A stretch of 63,605 nucleotides of DNA, filler included, from Hausera hauseri (taxonomy: Eukaryota): NCBI GenBank assembly GCA_046269625.1. It is 12 parts of 12 records of this genome, joined end to end, with 100 filler letters (N's around TTAATTAATTAA, not from the genome) between each part and the next. Parts side by side here need not be neighbours in the genome. Positions count along the whole stretch, not along the records: positions 12,463 to 17,969 come from JBJURY010239406.1; positions 18,070 to 23,017 come from JBJURY010382702.1; positions 23,118 to 27,430 come from JBJURY010640997.1; 9 more parts are not named here. One strand, given 5' to 3'. The position numbers were made by a program, and so were the translations under genes. The notes below the pieces were generated by a model. That model searched no databases, had not been told where the DNA came from, and worked only from the letters and a program-made list of their open reading frames with translations. This document shows positions 12,463-25,224 of the stretch, piece after piece. Position 1 is the stretch's first letter, and the number at the start of each line of letters is the position of its first letter.

Positions 12463-12640
12463 TCGTGCACGTTAAAAATCCCTTGGCAGTTGAAAATCGA
12501 AAAAGAGTAGGCCTAACGGCCGCTGTCCGGGCAAAATTCAAGGAAAAATCTACCCCCCCCCCCGGGCAGAAATGTAAACAGGCAATACTGCCTATTTCTC
12601 CACCCTGGTTAAACAAAGATCTTATCTATCTTATCTTGAT
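12463..12640 (+). repeat. SINE 3' part, Deu/Nin-domain-like
   Basis: GTGCACGTTAAAAATCCCTTGGCAG...GAAAAAGAGTAGG core, near-identical to 16930-17080, with a short (ATCTT)n tail. Confidence 0.55.
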
Positions 12641-12710
12641 ATTTTCGATGATCTCTGAGGGAGCGTGTTTCCAACGATTGTCCTCTGATGTCCACGTATC
12701 CTGTCGTTCT

Positions 12711-13824
12711 TGTCGCAGATTTCTAGGACACCTTTCAGGCTTGAACGCACACGTTCTCTCGTTTCAGATGCAACACGACAAGGGACTGCAATCTTCGGCA
12801 AGTTCTTCAATTGCGATACGAAGTTGGCTTCTGTTCACGAATGTTTATTCGAATACAATCTTTCGGGCTGCTTGGCTAAGTTCGAGCGTTCAAGAATTTT
12901 CCCACTAATCGCCTGTGCAACATTCTCGACGTTCTAGCGTTAATAATTTATCGAAACGATTTGCATCACGATGGAACTGGCATTCTCAAGAAGTTTGTTG
13001 ACTAAGATCGTCTCTGACGGTCGGTTAACGAATCATGCTTGTACAAAGCTTCTCTTGGCGACGGTGTTTTTCTTTTCTCGGTGATTGTGACGTGACGTAA
13101 ATCGCCTTGCGTTCTTCTCGGTGCTGACTTCCCGAGTTGCACATCAATTCGCTGTTCCTAAGTGACCCATGCCTGCACTCATCTCGCTTTGTCTTATACA
13201 GTAATTAGATTACAGTCGGCTTTAGGGCCCCAGGCGTTCAGGATCCGACTGCCTCAAGTACAGATGCTGGGTCCTTTCCGCGGGACGTTTGATGGGTTCA
13301 GGATTTCCCTCGTTCAGATGTCGACAGCAAGACTCACGACAATAACGATGTCTAGCCAAAAACGTGATCTATCGTTCTGGCTCTGCTCTAGTTAAGTTTC
13401 ATGTCTTCGTGAATTGGCTCCTGGTTCCTTGCTGATTTAGTGCTGGGCTATTACTACTTCGTCTCTGTTAGCTCAGTTGTATGGTGCAAGTGTCACTGTC
13501 TCCGTCTAACTTTACGCCGTTCCCTTGGGGTTTTTTATCTGACCACCCAGCTACTTGAACCTAGATTCCGTCATATGTGATTCCTTCCTGTTTCTAAAAT
13601 ATTTAGCCCTTAAAGTTTATTCCGTCACATGGAAAAAGTGGCTTTCCGTACCTTACGATGGTTTTCTAATGTCTCTGGCCCTAACCGTGCAGTATACCGG
13701 TAGTGTCTTTTGTCCTTCTAATTTGAAAAACCCTGCACCAGTCCATCTGACAGTACTAATTACCCTAATCATTTGTCAGTTCCAGTTCAGTCTAGTTCTG
13801 TCGCTCTATTTGGATACTACGACA
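12711..13824 (-). repeat. Gypsy 3' LTR (left boundary uncertain)
   Basis: On the minus strand, PPT AAGGAAGGGAGGGATA is followed by TGTCGTAG at 13824, the same start as the LTR at 33955. Confidence 0.5.
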
Positions 13825-15620
13825 TATCCCTCCCTTCCTTAATGGAGATATTTGACTGCTCCCCGTTACGTCAAAGTCCAACCTTTTTCGATCCCTTCAT
13901 TTCCTTCTTGCCTGTCTAAATCCTCTCTTCTCTATCTGCTATTTTCATATGTCTTCCCTGGTATGGGTATATCATCTTCCTGTGACGAATGTGTCCCTCA
14001 CTCTTCTAGATCGTTCCGATTGCCGTAGTTGTGCTGGTTTCTGTTCTTTTCTTGACGGCCACTCTGGTGTTTTGGTATGAGGCGTCCATACATTCTTCTG
14101 ATTCACCGATTGCCTCTCCAGATGATTTGTATCCTTCTCTTCATCTCTTTTACTACCTCGCATTCCTCCTGGATATGCAACTAGTATGAAATCTCCAAAT
14201 GATTCATTTTCTAAATCGGATAAGAAGTCATCTTCACTCACAACCACCGATTCTTTTCCATCTGTTGTTTCTGGGGTCACTGCATACCTTGATTTCGTAA
14301 GTCTTTTATCTCCTTCCTCTTTTTGCCAATTCGTCCCATCCTTTGTCACCTTTCCTCAGTCTGAAGTAGTCGTCACTTTGGCCTTGTGTCCGTTGTAATG
14401 GTTCCTTATTCCATATGTTACTGGTACTTTTCTCTCTCGATGATGATGTATCCTTTTATCCATTTGTTGTCAAATTTGGAGTTTTTGCTATGTGCCTTGT
14501 AATACAATTTGTCACATACTTCCAATTCCTGTGATTCGGCATATTTGTCTGCGTGTTCTTTCCTTTTCATGAATACTTTTTAACACTCCTACGTACCTTT
14601 CTATGCATCTCCTGCAACAAGATTTCATGAAATTCTTCTCGTGGGTATTTTCTGTATGGCTTCAAAAATAGATCCCGTCGAAGGATCATTACAACACTTC
14701 CATACAACAATTCCAATCGCGAACGTTTCCTGCTTCCGTTCTCACTCATTTCCAACGCTGCTAATGCTTGATTGAAATATAAGTCGCAATTCCTCTGACT
14801 GTCTTCCACATATTTCGCTATAATGCCGTACATAGTTCTATGCTGTCTCTCATGTTTTCCGTTACTTTGTGAATGATAGAATGTTGTCGTTATAATGTTT
14901 GATGTTCAGTTTTATCAGCGTCTCCTTGAAGGCGTGTCTTATAAATTCTTGACCGTTGTCTGTTAGCAGGACCTGAGGACATCCGAATCTTGGGACAAAA
15001 TCCTCTATGATTATGTTCACGATGACTTCGCTTGTTTTGTCATCCACTACGTGTAAAATGTATTTGTTTCCTGACATTGTTGTGGGATGTAGTCCTGAAA
15101 TGTCCATGCTTTTTTTGTATGGGATAGTCCTGATAGTCAATTTCCTGCATTGATGGGTTTCAGCATTTTAACATGCAGGTTTCCGAAATAGTCATACCCC
15201 TCCCGAAATAAATCTGGCAAGTAATAATTTCCTTCTGGTGGCTTTATAAGTTCGATCTCTCGTGGTACTGTCTCAACATCGCTTCTCTTAGATAGGACAT
15301 ACTTCTATAGTCTACCTTCCTCCTGCAGTAACGTGAAGTTTTTCCACTTCTTGTACTTCTCCTCACTTCCTGACTTCCAGACCATTTTTATCTGTCTGAT
15401 GTGGGACATAGACGAAGTCTTTAAGTCTGGCTCTCCAAGTCCCGATGCTTCTTCTTCTTTGATCTTCTGCTTTTTTGAATACTTCATACAACTCCAGTCG
15501 ATTTGTGTTGACTATGTCCGGAATGCTCTCATTTTCATCTTCCGGCTCATTGTTATGTGTGACCCTTGACCATGTGTTCTCTGGTCCAGGGATGTAATTC
15601 TATCCGCATTATATCCCTGT
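13825..15620 (-). mobile_element. Ty3/Gypsy integrase and 3' region, degraded
   Basis: SGNKYILHVVD, RFGCPQVLLTDNGQEF (rve core), AKYVEDSQRNCD and ELLYG; many frameshifts. Confidence 0.75.
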
Positions 15621-16879
15621 AAATTCAAAACCCATGTTTGAATTCTCCAAACATCCTGACTTCAACAAGCTCTTAAGTGGCATGTGATTTATCTTATCAC
15701 ACAACATTCGCTTTGTGCGCATAATTAATCTTTTTAACCATTGTCTTCTCCTGTCTTGTCTCTGATCCACAGTCATCGAGCGTCCGCTCTTGTTGGCGAC
15801 CAACTTAAAGAATATAGGGATACTTAAACAAGAGAGGGAAGGTATTTTTATTCGACAACGACCACAAAAGTTCGTATCAGTCGACCTATCCCAATTGGGA
15901 ACCAATCTCAAACTTTATAAGTGGCACGCGCATCGTTTCAACTTTCCCTTTTCTTAAATGTCCACGACTAAATTATAACCAAATCAAATTCAACTGGGTT
16001 TCAAACCAGCAACTAACGTAGAACTCCTTTCTTAATTATATTGATGTTGTTTGGAACTAGCTACAATCTCGACTGTGGAATTCATATCAATAATGAAATT
16101 CAACTAAACCAAATTTCATCATTAAACGACGTAATTTAACTAATTAAGATACATAATTATTAATTGACATCTCATTCATCATCCTAAGTTCCCTCAAGTT
16201 TTAAAACGCGAAGCTTACTCCTCCAGTAACTTTATCAATCGTCGCTTTAAGTTAGACAAACTCAAACGAGTATGGGGGCCTTGTCTAGAAATAGAAAAAC
16301 ACTTCATTTGAGAGCTGAGTTCAAATCCTACAAAGGAGTAGTGGTCTGAGAATCCAAATACCAAAACACAATTGAGCCTCTAATAATTTCATAACAAATT
16401 ATCCCGAAAATGTTCTTCACCAAATCTGAGTCTCCAAAAGATGCTATTATCGGAATCAACCTTCGCAAATAAGCACTCAATAAATATTCAATTAATTAAA
16501 AAAACAAAACACATATTCTTCGTCTTACTAAATTCTCAATTAAGTTTAAACACATAGTCGCGTCGTTTGTCTTTTGTCCTTCTCTCTTGTACCCAATCAA
16601 ATCCAATCGTAAATTAAAATTAAATATTGGTCATACATTCTATCTAAATAAATATGTCATGAACCCCTTTCGCTTGATTAAACGCTCGTTTCTTAGTTCT
16701 TACTTATACATAATTTATTCTAAGTTTAAAAAATCATAATTTTTTTTTTGGAAATTATTCAAAGGTATTAAAAAATACATTTGATTAAAAAAAATGTTTA
16801 TTCTTTTTCCGTACTTCCATTATTTTAAGTTGCACCTGCCTTGTTGATTTTGGGATTTTTTTATCCTGGATCTTCTAGT

Positions 16880-17110
16880 TAAAAATTCCCCTGATCTCTG
16901 GGTAGTGAGATCGGACATCTGTGTACATTGTCGTGCACGTTAAAAATCCCTTGGCAGTTGAAAATCGAAAAAGAGTAGGCCTAACGGCCGCTGTTCGGGT
17001 AAAATTCTAGGAAAGATCTACCCTCGGGGCAGAAAAGTAAACAGGCAATATTGCCTATTTCTCAACCTGGTTAAATAAAGATTGCATTGATTCATTCATT
17101 CATTCTTTCG
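16880..17110 (+). repeat. SINE copy, Deu/Nin-domain-like, with (ATTC)n tail
   Basis: Second copy of the 12463 repeat; ends in GATTCATTCATTCATTC. Confidence 0.55.
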
Positions 17111-18069
17111 TTCATCTTCTATTTTTTCAACAAGTTATGTACCTACACCAGGATTCAAAGGCATGAGGTTAGAAAAAAAAGATTGGAGATATGTAGGAAT
17201 GAAATATAACACATAATTTAATTTAAGGCATTTTGCTAATTATTGTTGGATTATTTTTGGAACCTGGCTACGACGGGGTCTCCAGACGAGAAACGGTTGG
17301 GAACCGCTGCCTAGTGGATGGTTCAAAACATCCAGTTTAGTGATCGCATAGTTTAGTTCCAATACTCCAGGTTGTGTGGGAACCCTTGATTACTAATGTC
17401 TGTTCTAAACTGTGACGACCCACTACATTTACATATACGTTTCTTCTATAAAGGGTAGTATTAACATACTTCCTCAGCTGTGGTAGTTTTAGTCTTTAAC
17501 TTACATGACAAGGACAGTACACAATTTTGTAACGGTTAATTTGTTTTTAAAAATGAGCCGAACCACATATTAAGGCAATTTGCCACATACGAGTAGGCTT
17601 ATATGGATCACATATATATTCACCATCTGACCTTCACCACCATTAGTGGTTTTAACTTTCCCTGGAAAGCTCTTGGATTGATTAACAGCTGGGTACACTT
17701 GAATGTGACGGCAATGGAGTCGAACTGTAAACCTTACCTTGATAAGCCTATGTTTAACTGTAGACCAATCCCAGTTTTTTTAGTAGCAGTAATTTACATT
17801 GTGACTATTGTAGTTACTGTATAAATACGTACATGTATTAGAAATCAAATTGTTGATGCCGACTCCGATAATGTTGACGATTGCCGATAAATTGCAGATT
17901 AACTAAACCAAGCAACAAATGTAATTTATAGTAAATCCACAAAAATGTGAGACTTTTTAATTTTTTTGANNNNNNNNNNNNNNNNNNNNNNNNNNNNNNN
18001 NNNNNNNNNNNNNTTAATTAATTAANNNNNNNNNNNNNNNNNNNNNNNNNNNNNNNNNNNNNNNNNNNN

Positions 18070-18478
18070 GATTATTGTTGCGACGTTTATCATAGACTTG
18101 AGATTTTCAACTGCTGGCTCTCTTACGATCGTGATTCCCTTACTAATTTGTAAACTTCTGTCAGGCTGACACTGACTTTCTAGTCAGGAATCAAGGCAAA
18201 TTCGTTGACTTCACCTTACAAAAACGAGCTCAATAACGTATTCAACCTTCTCGGTCGAATACTAAAAGTTAACTCCTTGTCTTAATTTCTCTACTACATC
18301 CTGTCACCTTCTGAGTTCTACTCAGCACACAGGACCCGTGTTTTACCCAGACGCCACCAGCGTTTAGAGTGACTTCCCAAGAGGAGATAACCCTTATTAA
18401 TTTCTGGTTATTTCTCTTCTACCGATTTTCAATTTCGTGTAGGGCCCTTTTTATGGTCAGCCTCTAATTACTGTCACA
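18070..18478 (-). repeat. Gypsy 3' LTR (partial)
   Basis: Minus-strand PPT-like ACGGGAAGGGCATAT followed by TGTGACAG at 18478, downstream of the pol remnant. Confidence 0.55.
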
Positions 18479-21400
18479 ATATGCCCTTCCCGTTACAAAG
18501 AAGAGTGACATTTACACTCCAGTAAATGGAAGTCTTCTAAAAAATCTCCTCTTATTCTCTCTATCTTTTGGTTTCTATTTCTTATCTCCCCTTTTCTGTA
18601 AATATGTCAGTTAATTTGACCTCTACCCTTAATTCTTATAATTCTTATTTTTATGTATGTACATGCCATTATCAAAGCACAAGTTATATCATTACTCCAT
18701 AAAATTCTCTCCACATATTGAATCACATGATAATTCAAAGTATCAGAAATTGCGAACATAAACAAAAATCATATTAATTTCCTCACGAAGCGTACCCCTT
18801 ATATTAAGAGTACAATAATTGCAAATGTGAATATTTCAATACAAGTTGATTACAACAAACACTGTACATGAGACTTTTCCATGCGTCAAAAAGGAAGAAA
18901 ATTCTACATAGTAACATTTTCATTCAGCATCACTTTGTGCCGATCAAAACTTCCCTGTCTACAATTCAACAATTATCGACGTTTTTCATTGAAAAAATTC
19001 ATTTTTCCCCTCACCAAAGTAAAAAAAAAATGAGCAAAAGTTTCAAAACTCAGAACATTTAACAACATTTTCAACCAATTTATTATGCATCTTCAAAAAT
19101 TTCAGTGCTTTTCATCTCTCAATTCTACCGGTCTGAACACACTTTCATCCTTCTCATTTATTCATCTTTTACGCTTAGTGTTATGTATATGTCTGCTGTG
19201 TTAATGTAGTCTTTCATGCGATTCCTTTCTCTCCTCACTCGCGGATTTGGGTTTAGGTCGTTCGTCTCCCATTCCATTCCCTGTGGGTTTTCTTATACTT
19301 CTTTATCTCCCTCGCTAGTTTCTAATTGGGGGTTTCCTTTGAAAGCCACCTTATTTCGCCCTCTCCTTTATTACTTCGTGTATCTGAATTGATTTGCATT
19401 TTCTCTTTGCTTGCATTGCCGTACTAATAGGAATCTTTGACGTTTTATAACTATCGTATGTTTTCCTAGCATGTTTTTGTCTGTGTGCTGATTGTTTCTT
19501 AACTTTTGCTCTCGGTTAATCGTTTGAACTGTTGTCGGAGTCTCTAAGTCTTTTCAACCTTCTTGTCATTTCTTCCATATCTGACACTTCTGTATCTTCG
19601 TCACCTTAGTCTTCATCTTCTTGTTGCTCTTTCTGTGTTGTTTAGTCATTATCTGCTGCATCCTGTTGTACGTGTCTTTGCTCTCTGTACACTAGTCTTC
19701 TCTTTCTTTCTACCAATGGAAGGTCGCTATCATTTGACGAACTACTAACTATGTTTTTTCTCCTCTTCCGTTGTTGTTCTTGTGCTTCTTCGAATCTTCG
19801 CCTAGCTGCTGCTCGAGTATTGCGATATGATGCATCGGTGGCTATTCGTTCTTGACTATCTGATTTCGCTTGTAGGAGTTTCTGTAGGAGTTTCTGCATT
19901 TCTCATTTGAGGCAAAAGAAACAGTGGTGTAACTAATTCGTATCTAGTGTCTGACTCATCGTTCTCTGACGTTTCTGTTGTACTGGACTTATTTGATGTA
20001 TCAGAGTCGCTATTCTCAGGTGGAACTGCGTAACGTGATTTCCTTTCTGTACCCGACGCTTCTGACTGTTTTCCTCTGGGAATGGTCTATCTTGCCTTCT
20101 CGGGTGGCTCGTAGTGACCTTTGCTGTCTGTCCTGTACGCTGGTTGATCATATGAGCAGGTACCCATAATAAGAATCCACCTTCACCATCAAGTCTGTAT
20201 AATATGTTATCCTCAGCCATGTACTTTTTCAGTTTTTTCAAACTGTCTTCGCTCTCAGTTTTCAGATCAGTGATAATTTGTTGGAGTTCACTATCTTTTT
20301 CTTGTTTGTCTTTCTACTTATTTCTGTATCACTTGGCTCAGATTCTATATTACTGTGTGTTTCACATGTCTGTCGATCAGTGGAATTGATGACTGATATT
20401 TGTAATGTGAAATCATCAATATCTGGTTTTCCTTCTTTGTCTTCAAACTCCATTTCTGCATGACCCTTTCAGGTATTCGAGACAGCAGGTCAGCAACAGT
20501 ATTCTTCGGACCGGGAATATATTCGATATTCATTTTGTAGCCTTGCAGATTTCAAATCCACGGTTGTATGCGTCTGTTTTGTACGTCTGCCTTCATCATG
20601 GCTTTCATGGGCATGTGATCGGTTCTAACAATGAATTCGCTATTATGTAGGTAAAAGTTAAGCTTCTGCAGAGCAACGTGAATTGCGTATGCTTCTTTTT
20701 CTGTTACAGACCATTTCTTCTGTGATTTCGTTTGCCTATGTGGTAAAACGTATATAGGTTTCTCCTTGACCTTGAGCTTCCCGTTTTCTTCTTCTTGACT
20801 TTATTCTTGAATTAAGACCGCACCTATTGCATTCTCCGAGGCACCCGTGTAAAGCTTATATGGTTTATTTGGATTTGGATATGCCAGAAGTGGTACAACT
20901 GATAGGCTGTCTTTTAGATATTCAAAAGCTTTCTGGCAAGTTTTGTCCCAGTGGAAACGTGTGAACTTCCTTATGAGGGCTACTATAGGTTCCGTGATTG
21001 CTGAAAAGTTTGGAATGAAGTGTCTGTAGTATCTACAGGTTCCCAAAAATGTGCGAACTTCCCTTGAGTTTTCGGTGCACCCATCGACTTAATTGCTTGT
21101 ACTTTCTCATTGTCTTCCTTGACTCCATCTTTAGTGATTATGAATCCTAGATTTTAAAAAGTCGCACTTGCTAAGTTTTAGGCGTACTTTATGTTGCCGT
21201 AGTCTGTCGAATACTATTTCGATATGCCGTAGGTGATCGTCTATATCCCCTATCGTGAATATCAATATATCGTCGATATACGCAAGAGCAAATGTTTGTA
21301 GACCTTCCAATACCCTATTCATTAGTGACATGTATGTCGCAGGGGATCTCTTAAGACCAAAAGGCATTACGTTCCATGCGTATACTCCTGAAAAAGTACA

Positions 21401-23017
21401 GAATGCACTTTTAGCTTTGGCATCAGGTGCCATTGGAATACACCAGAACCCTGATCTAGCATCAAGTGTGGTGAAGTATGTTGATCCGCCCAGCATGCCC
21501 AAAATGTCATCAATTAGAGGTAAAGCGAAACTGACATTTGTCGTTATATCATTGAGAGATCGGTAATCAACACAAAATCTATGTGTTCCGTCTTTCTTTG
21601 TGACGATGACTACCGGGAATGACCATTCAGAACGAGTACGTTCGATAATGCCTGCTTTCAGCATCTCCTCGATTGCTTTTTCGACAACCTTTCTGTTTCC
21701 TAGTGGAGTGCGATATGGTCTCAGACAGATAGGAGTATGATCACCGGTATCTATCTTCATTTCCTTCATCTGCATTCTTCCCAACTCCATGTCTGACAAA
21801 GCAAAGACATAGCTATGTTTTCGAACGAACTGTGCAGTTCTTTCTTTGTTTTCGTCTTCAACCTTTAGCGTTGCTAATAATTGCTGCATTCTTTCTTCAT
21901 CATGCATTATCACGGCTATTTCATTACTTGTATTTCTCCATTGACCTTGTCTTATCTCCTGTAATACCTTGGTTCTATGTGCATATCTTTGGTCTTTTCC
22001 ATCCTTACAAGGTGTTTGTTGCTTGACTTTATCTGGTTCTTGGCTTATTGGTGAACTCTGATTCTCTATCTGACTTAAATCTTTTGGTCTTTCTGATTTC
22101 GCCACTATACACCCTTTCTTTAAAGTGATTGTTTTCCCCGTATGGTTGACTAACATTACCGGAAATTCTCTCTTTGAATTTAGCTGGACCATACCATGTA
22201 TTATCTGTAGTTAACGTCGATGATGTTATCCTCTAATGGTTCAATCCTTGCTTGGTCAACATGTTTCCAATACTCGTTTTGTTTCATGGTGGCTATAACC
22301 AGATTTATTGAATTCGGTTTCCAGACTGCTTTTTGCTTCTCCCGTACAATGGAGGCAATGTGTATGTCGTCTTGAAGGTCGATATAGTCGTTATTGATCC
22401 GAATCTTCTTAGATCAAAGTGAATACGAGCATTGCTCTTATGTAAGAAGTATCGACCAAGTATGGTACTTCTAGACATGTTCGTAACTATGATGAAGGTG
22501 TGTTTCCTGGTGGTCTCTCCGATCTTAAATTCAAGGGTAGACTTTCCTTTAACCTGTATTGTACTTCCCGATACGGACCTAAGCTCAATGTCAGATGGTA
22601 ATAATTTGCCTTTATTCGTCAACGCTTTGTATATTCATTCACGCTGTATACAGTGTGCAAGAGGCATCTTACTCTCGTCTTTCCGAAATATAATATACAA
22701 GAACTTGGGTCGGATATATAATTGATTTCATAAGTTTTCTTTTTTCTTTCTGGAGAATTGTACGTACTAACGGTCTTGGACTCTTCTGTATACCCGTGAT
22801 GTTGCAGCTTTACGTGAAAGACTAGTTCGTGATTCATATTTTCGGCTTTGATTATTCTATGTCTTGTTTCACATCGACTGTGTGTTTGGGAGGGGACTTC
22901 TTGAACTCGTTGATGATGGGCATGAGCAACCTTGGGTACATGGGGAATGGGTGGGACATTTCTTATCTTGCTTGCTTTTCTTGATCGCAGGTTGTCAGAT
23001 GCACTTGATTTTACCGG
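18479..23017 (-). mobile_element. Ty3/Gypsy pol (protease, RT, RNase H) remnant lacking integrase core
   Basis: Protease-like ILGRYFL. RT motifs RFCVDYRSLN, LDARSGFW, VMPFGL and YIDDILI. RNase H YYRHFIPNFS and LYTGASENAIGAVL. Confidence 0.9.
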
Positions 23018-23138
23018 NNNNNNNNNNNNNNNNNNNNNNNNNNNNNNNNNNNNNNNNNNNNTTAATTAATTAANNNNNNNNNNNNNNNNNNNNNNNNNNN
23101 NNNNNNNNNNNNNNNNNATGCAGCATGCACGTCGCATC

Positions 23139-23321
23139 AAAGCAGGTGGGGATCAAACCCACAGTGTCGAATCGACACTCGCTCATTCCGCTTTCTATAC
23201 GCGACGGGCACGCCACATACAACCAGGCGACTCATTAGAAGCTCGCAATAAACCTAACAATTTCCAATTTAACATGGTTGGCTAGTCATTCCACAACCGT
23301 TGTCCCAATACGGAACTTGCA
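23139..23321 (-). ncRNA. tRNA-like structured repeat (SINE head or ncRNA), copy 1
   Basis: T-arm-like GTGGG-TTTGATC-CCCAC and a variable-arm-like hairpin; homologous to 54384-54553. Confidence 0.4.
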
Positions 23322-25224
23322 TTTTTTACAACACCTTTGTGTCATTTCGTTGTCAGCTTTGACACGAAAAACTCTACCGAGCAGGCGAAACGTTCCATCT
23401 CGACCTGAACACATGTGAAATTTAGTTTCCCTAATTGCCAAAACCAGACAGTACCTGCAGTCCGTCCAAACTTTAACTACAAGAATTACTATAATATTCC
23501 ACAAATAAATCTCTATTGTTCCACACTATAATGTGTGAAAGGAGACTGTAAAATATAATAAAATTTCGTTGGAGGCATTTTTAAATTAGTGGAATAATAT
23601 ACAAGTATGTTAAAATATCTAAAAACCTCACAAAAATAAAAAGTTATATAGTTAGATACAATATTAAGCAAATAACAAATTGCACCACTTGCAAATGTTG
23701 TATGACCATTATAAAATTACCTTTTAAAAATCACAGCTCCTCTAATTTTACATCTCGGTAAAACTGAAATCCAACTACGTAGACATGCGTTTGAAAAAGA
23801 CCTCATGTTCGGTGATTTTACATTGCAGTTTGAACGAACAATTGATGGATAGATCTAATTTTGTGAATTGTATTTTTAATAGTAAATTATTGAATAATGC
23901 AGAAATGTTAAAATAGTTAATAATTATGTAAAATATTTGTATAATACAAGATGAAACTTATTGAGGAAACGAATCATTCTAAAATTTGTCAATTCGAGAT
24001 TCTTCCAAATTTTAAAAATATACCTGCGTTGCTCATTCGACGTCTTACATAAATAAATCATGACGCTTAATAAAAACTATATAGTTGTAAAATTCAGAAG
24101 ATAATGGTTTTAACTGACTAAAAGAAACTAGTTTTACGAATTAGCAATGTGTACTAAAAAATCAATAATTCAAACTGGCTTCATCAATTTCGTTTTGCAA
24201 TACATGACCTATTTACCCTTCGGAAATATACAGAAAATTTAACAAGCACGAAAATACTAGATAGTTTCCGCACACAAACACCAATTAAAATGTTTTGGCA
24301 AGTAAAAACGCAGTTTTATTTCAACCAAAAAACAACAAAAAACAAAATATTTATAAAACAATACATGTAATCAAATGCTACTTAAAAGACAAAACAAATA
24401 TAAAATAAATGGTAAAAAATATTCCAATATCACTTCCATTACCTACGGTATTTCAACTAATTGAATTGCATGTGAGCTTGTTCGTGCATTTCGTCAAATG
24501 TCATACAAATTAATTTGGCGAACTTCTCGTTGAAATCATCGAGAAATGGAGAAAAATATTCAGATAGACCTTCTAAGATAACGAATTTTAATTCTATATC
24601 GGGTGTTAGTTCTTTCTCATAGTGGACTAATATATTTTCGGCTAAAATAAAATATCGTCATTGACAAATTCATTCACAATCGTAAATAAAAATCGTACAA
24701 TTATGTAAATCTTTTCTTAAAAATGACATAAAGAAGAACAGAAACTGTCTACAGACTATCTGAAACTTGAAAAATCAGTTATAAATAATACCTTTTTCTC
24801 AGTCGATTAATCTCTTGCTATGGAATCGTATTATTTCACGAAACAATTTTCTGTTAGGATTTCATAAAGCACAAAGAATCAATGCTACTACTAAATTTTT
24901 CTGTCACTCATTTGTTAGCCTTCAAATTGTCACCGTTGGATACGTAGTGAATTGTAAAAGTTGTGTTGAAATATAACTACAGCATTCTCATTATGTTTGA
25001 TTTATCAGCCACAGATAGGATATTCAAATTTCGATGTTGAAATGAAGTTATCGGTAAAATTTTTATTAGATTAATTTTTATTGCACTGTTTTTCTATAAT
25101 TGTTAAAATATTGTGAACCATTTTCGTCATATTTTAAACAAAATTTATTTCAGGGATCCAAATTATATCTTTGATAAAACATCTAAAAACAAAACAAGAC
25201 ATAACTTATATTTATATGTACATT

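Noticed and set aside
15790-16660. Additional LTR with PPT (~16665) and PBS-like TGGTCGCCAAC (~15803, minus strand)
   Set aside because: No CA terminus, partner LTR or TSD is visible; support is too weak.
24400-25130. Intron-containing host gene on the minus strand
   Set aside because: Multiple in-frame stops and no recognisable domain; cannot be assigned.
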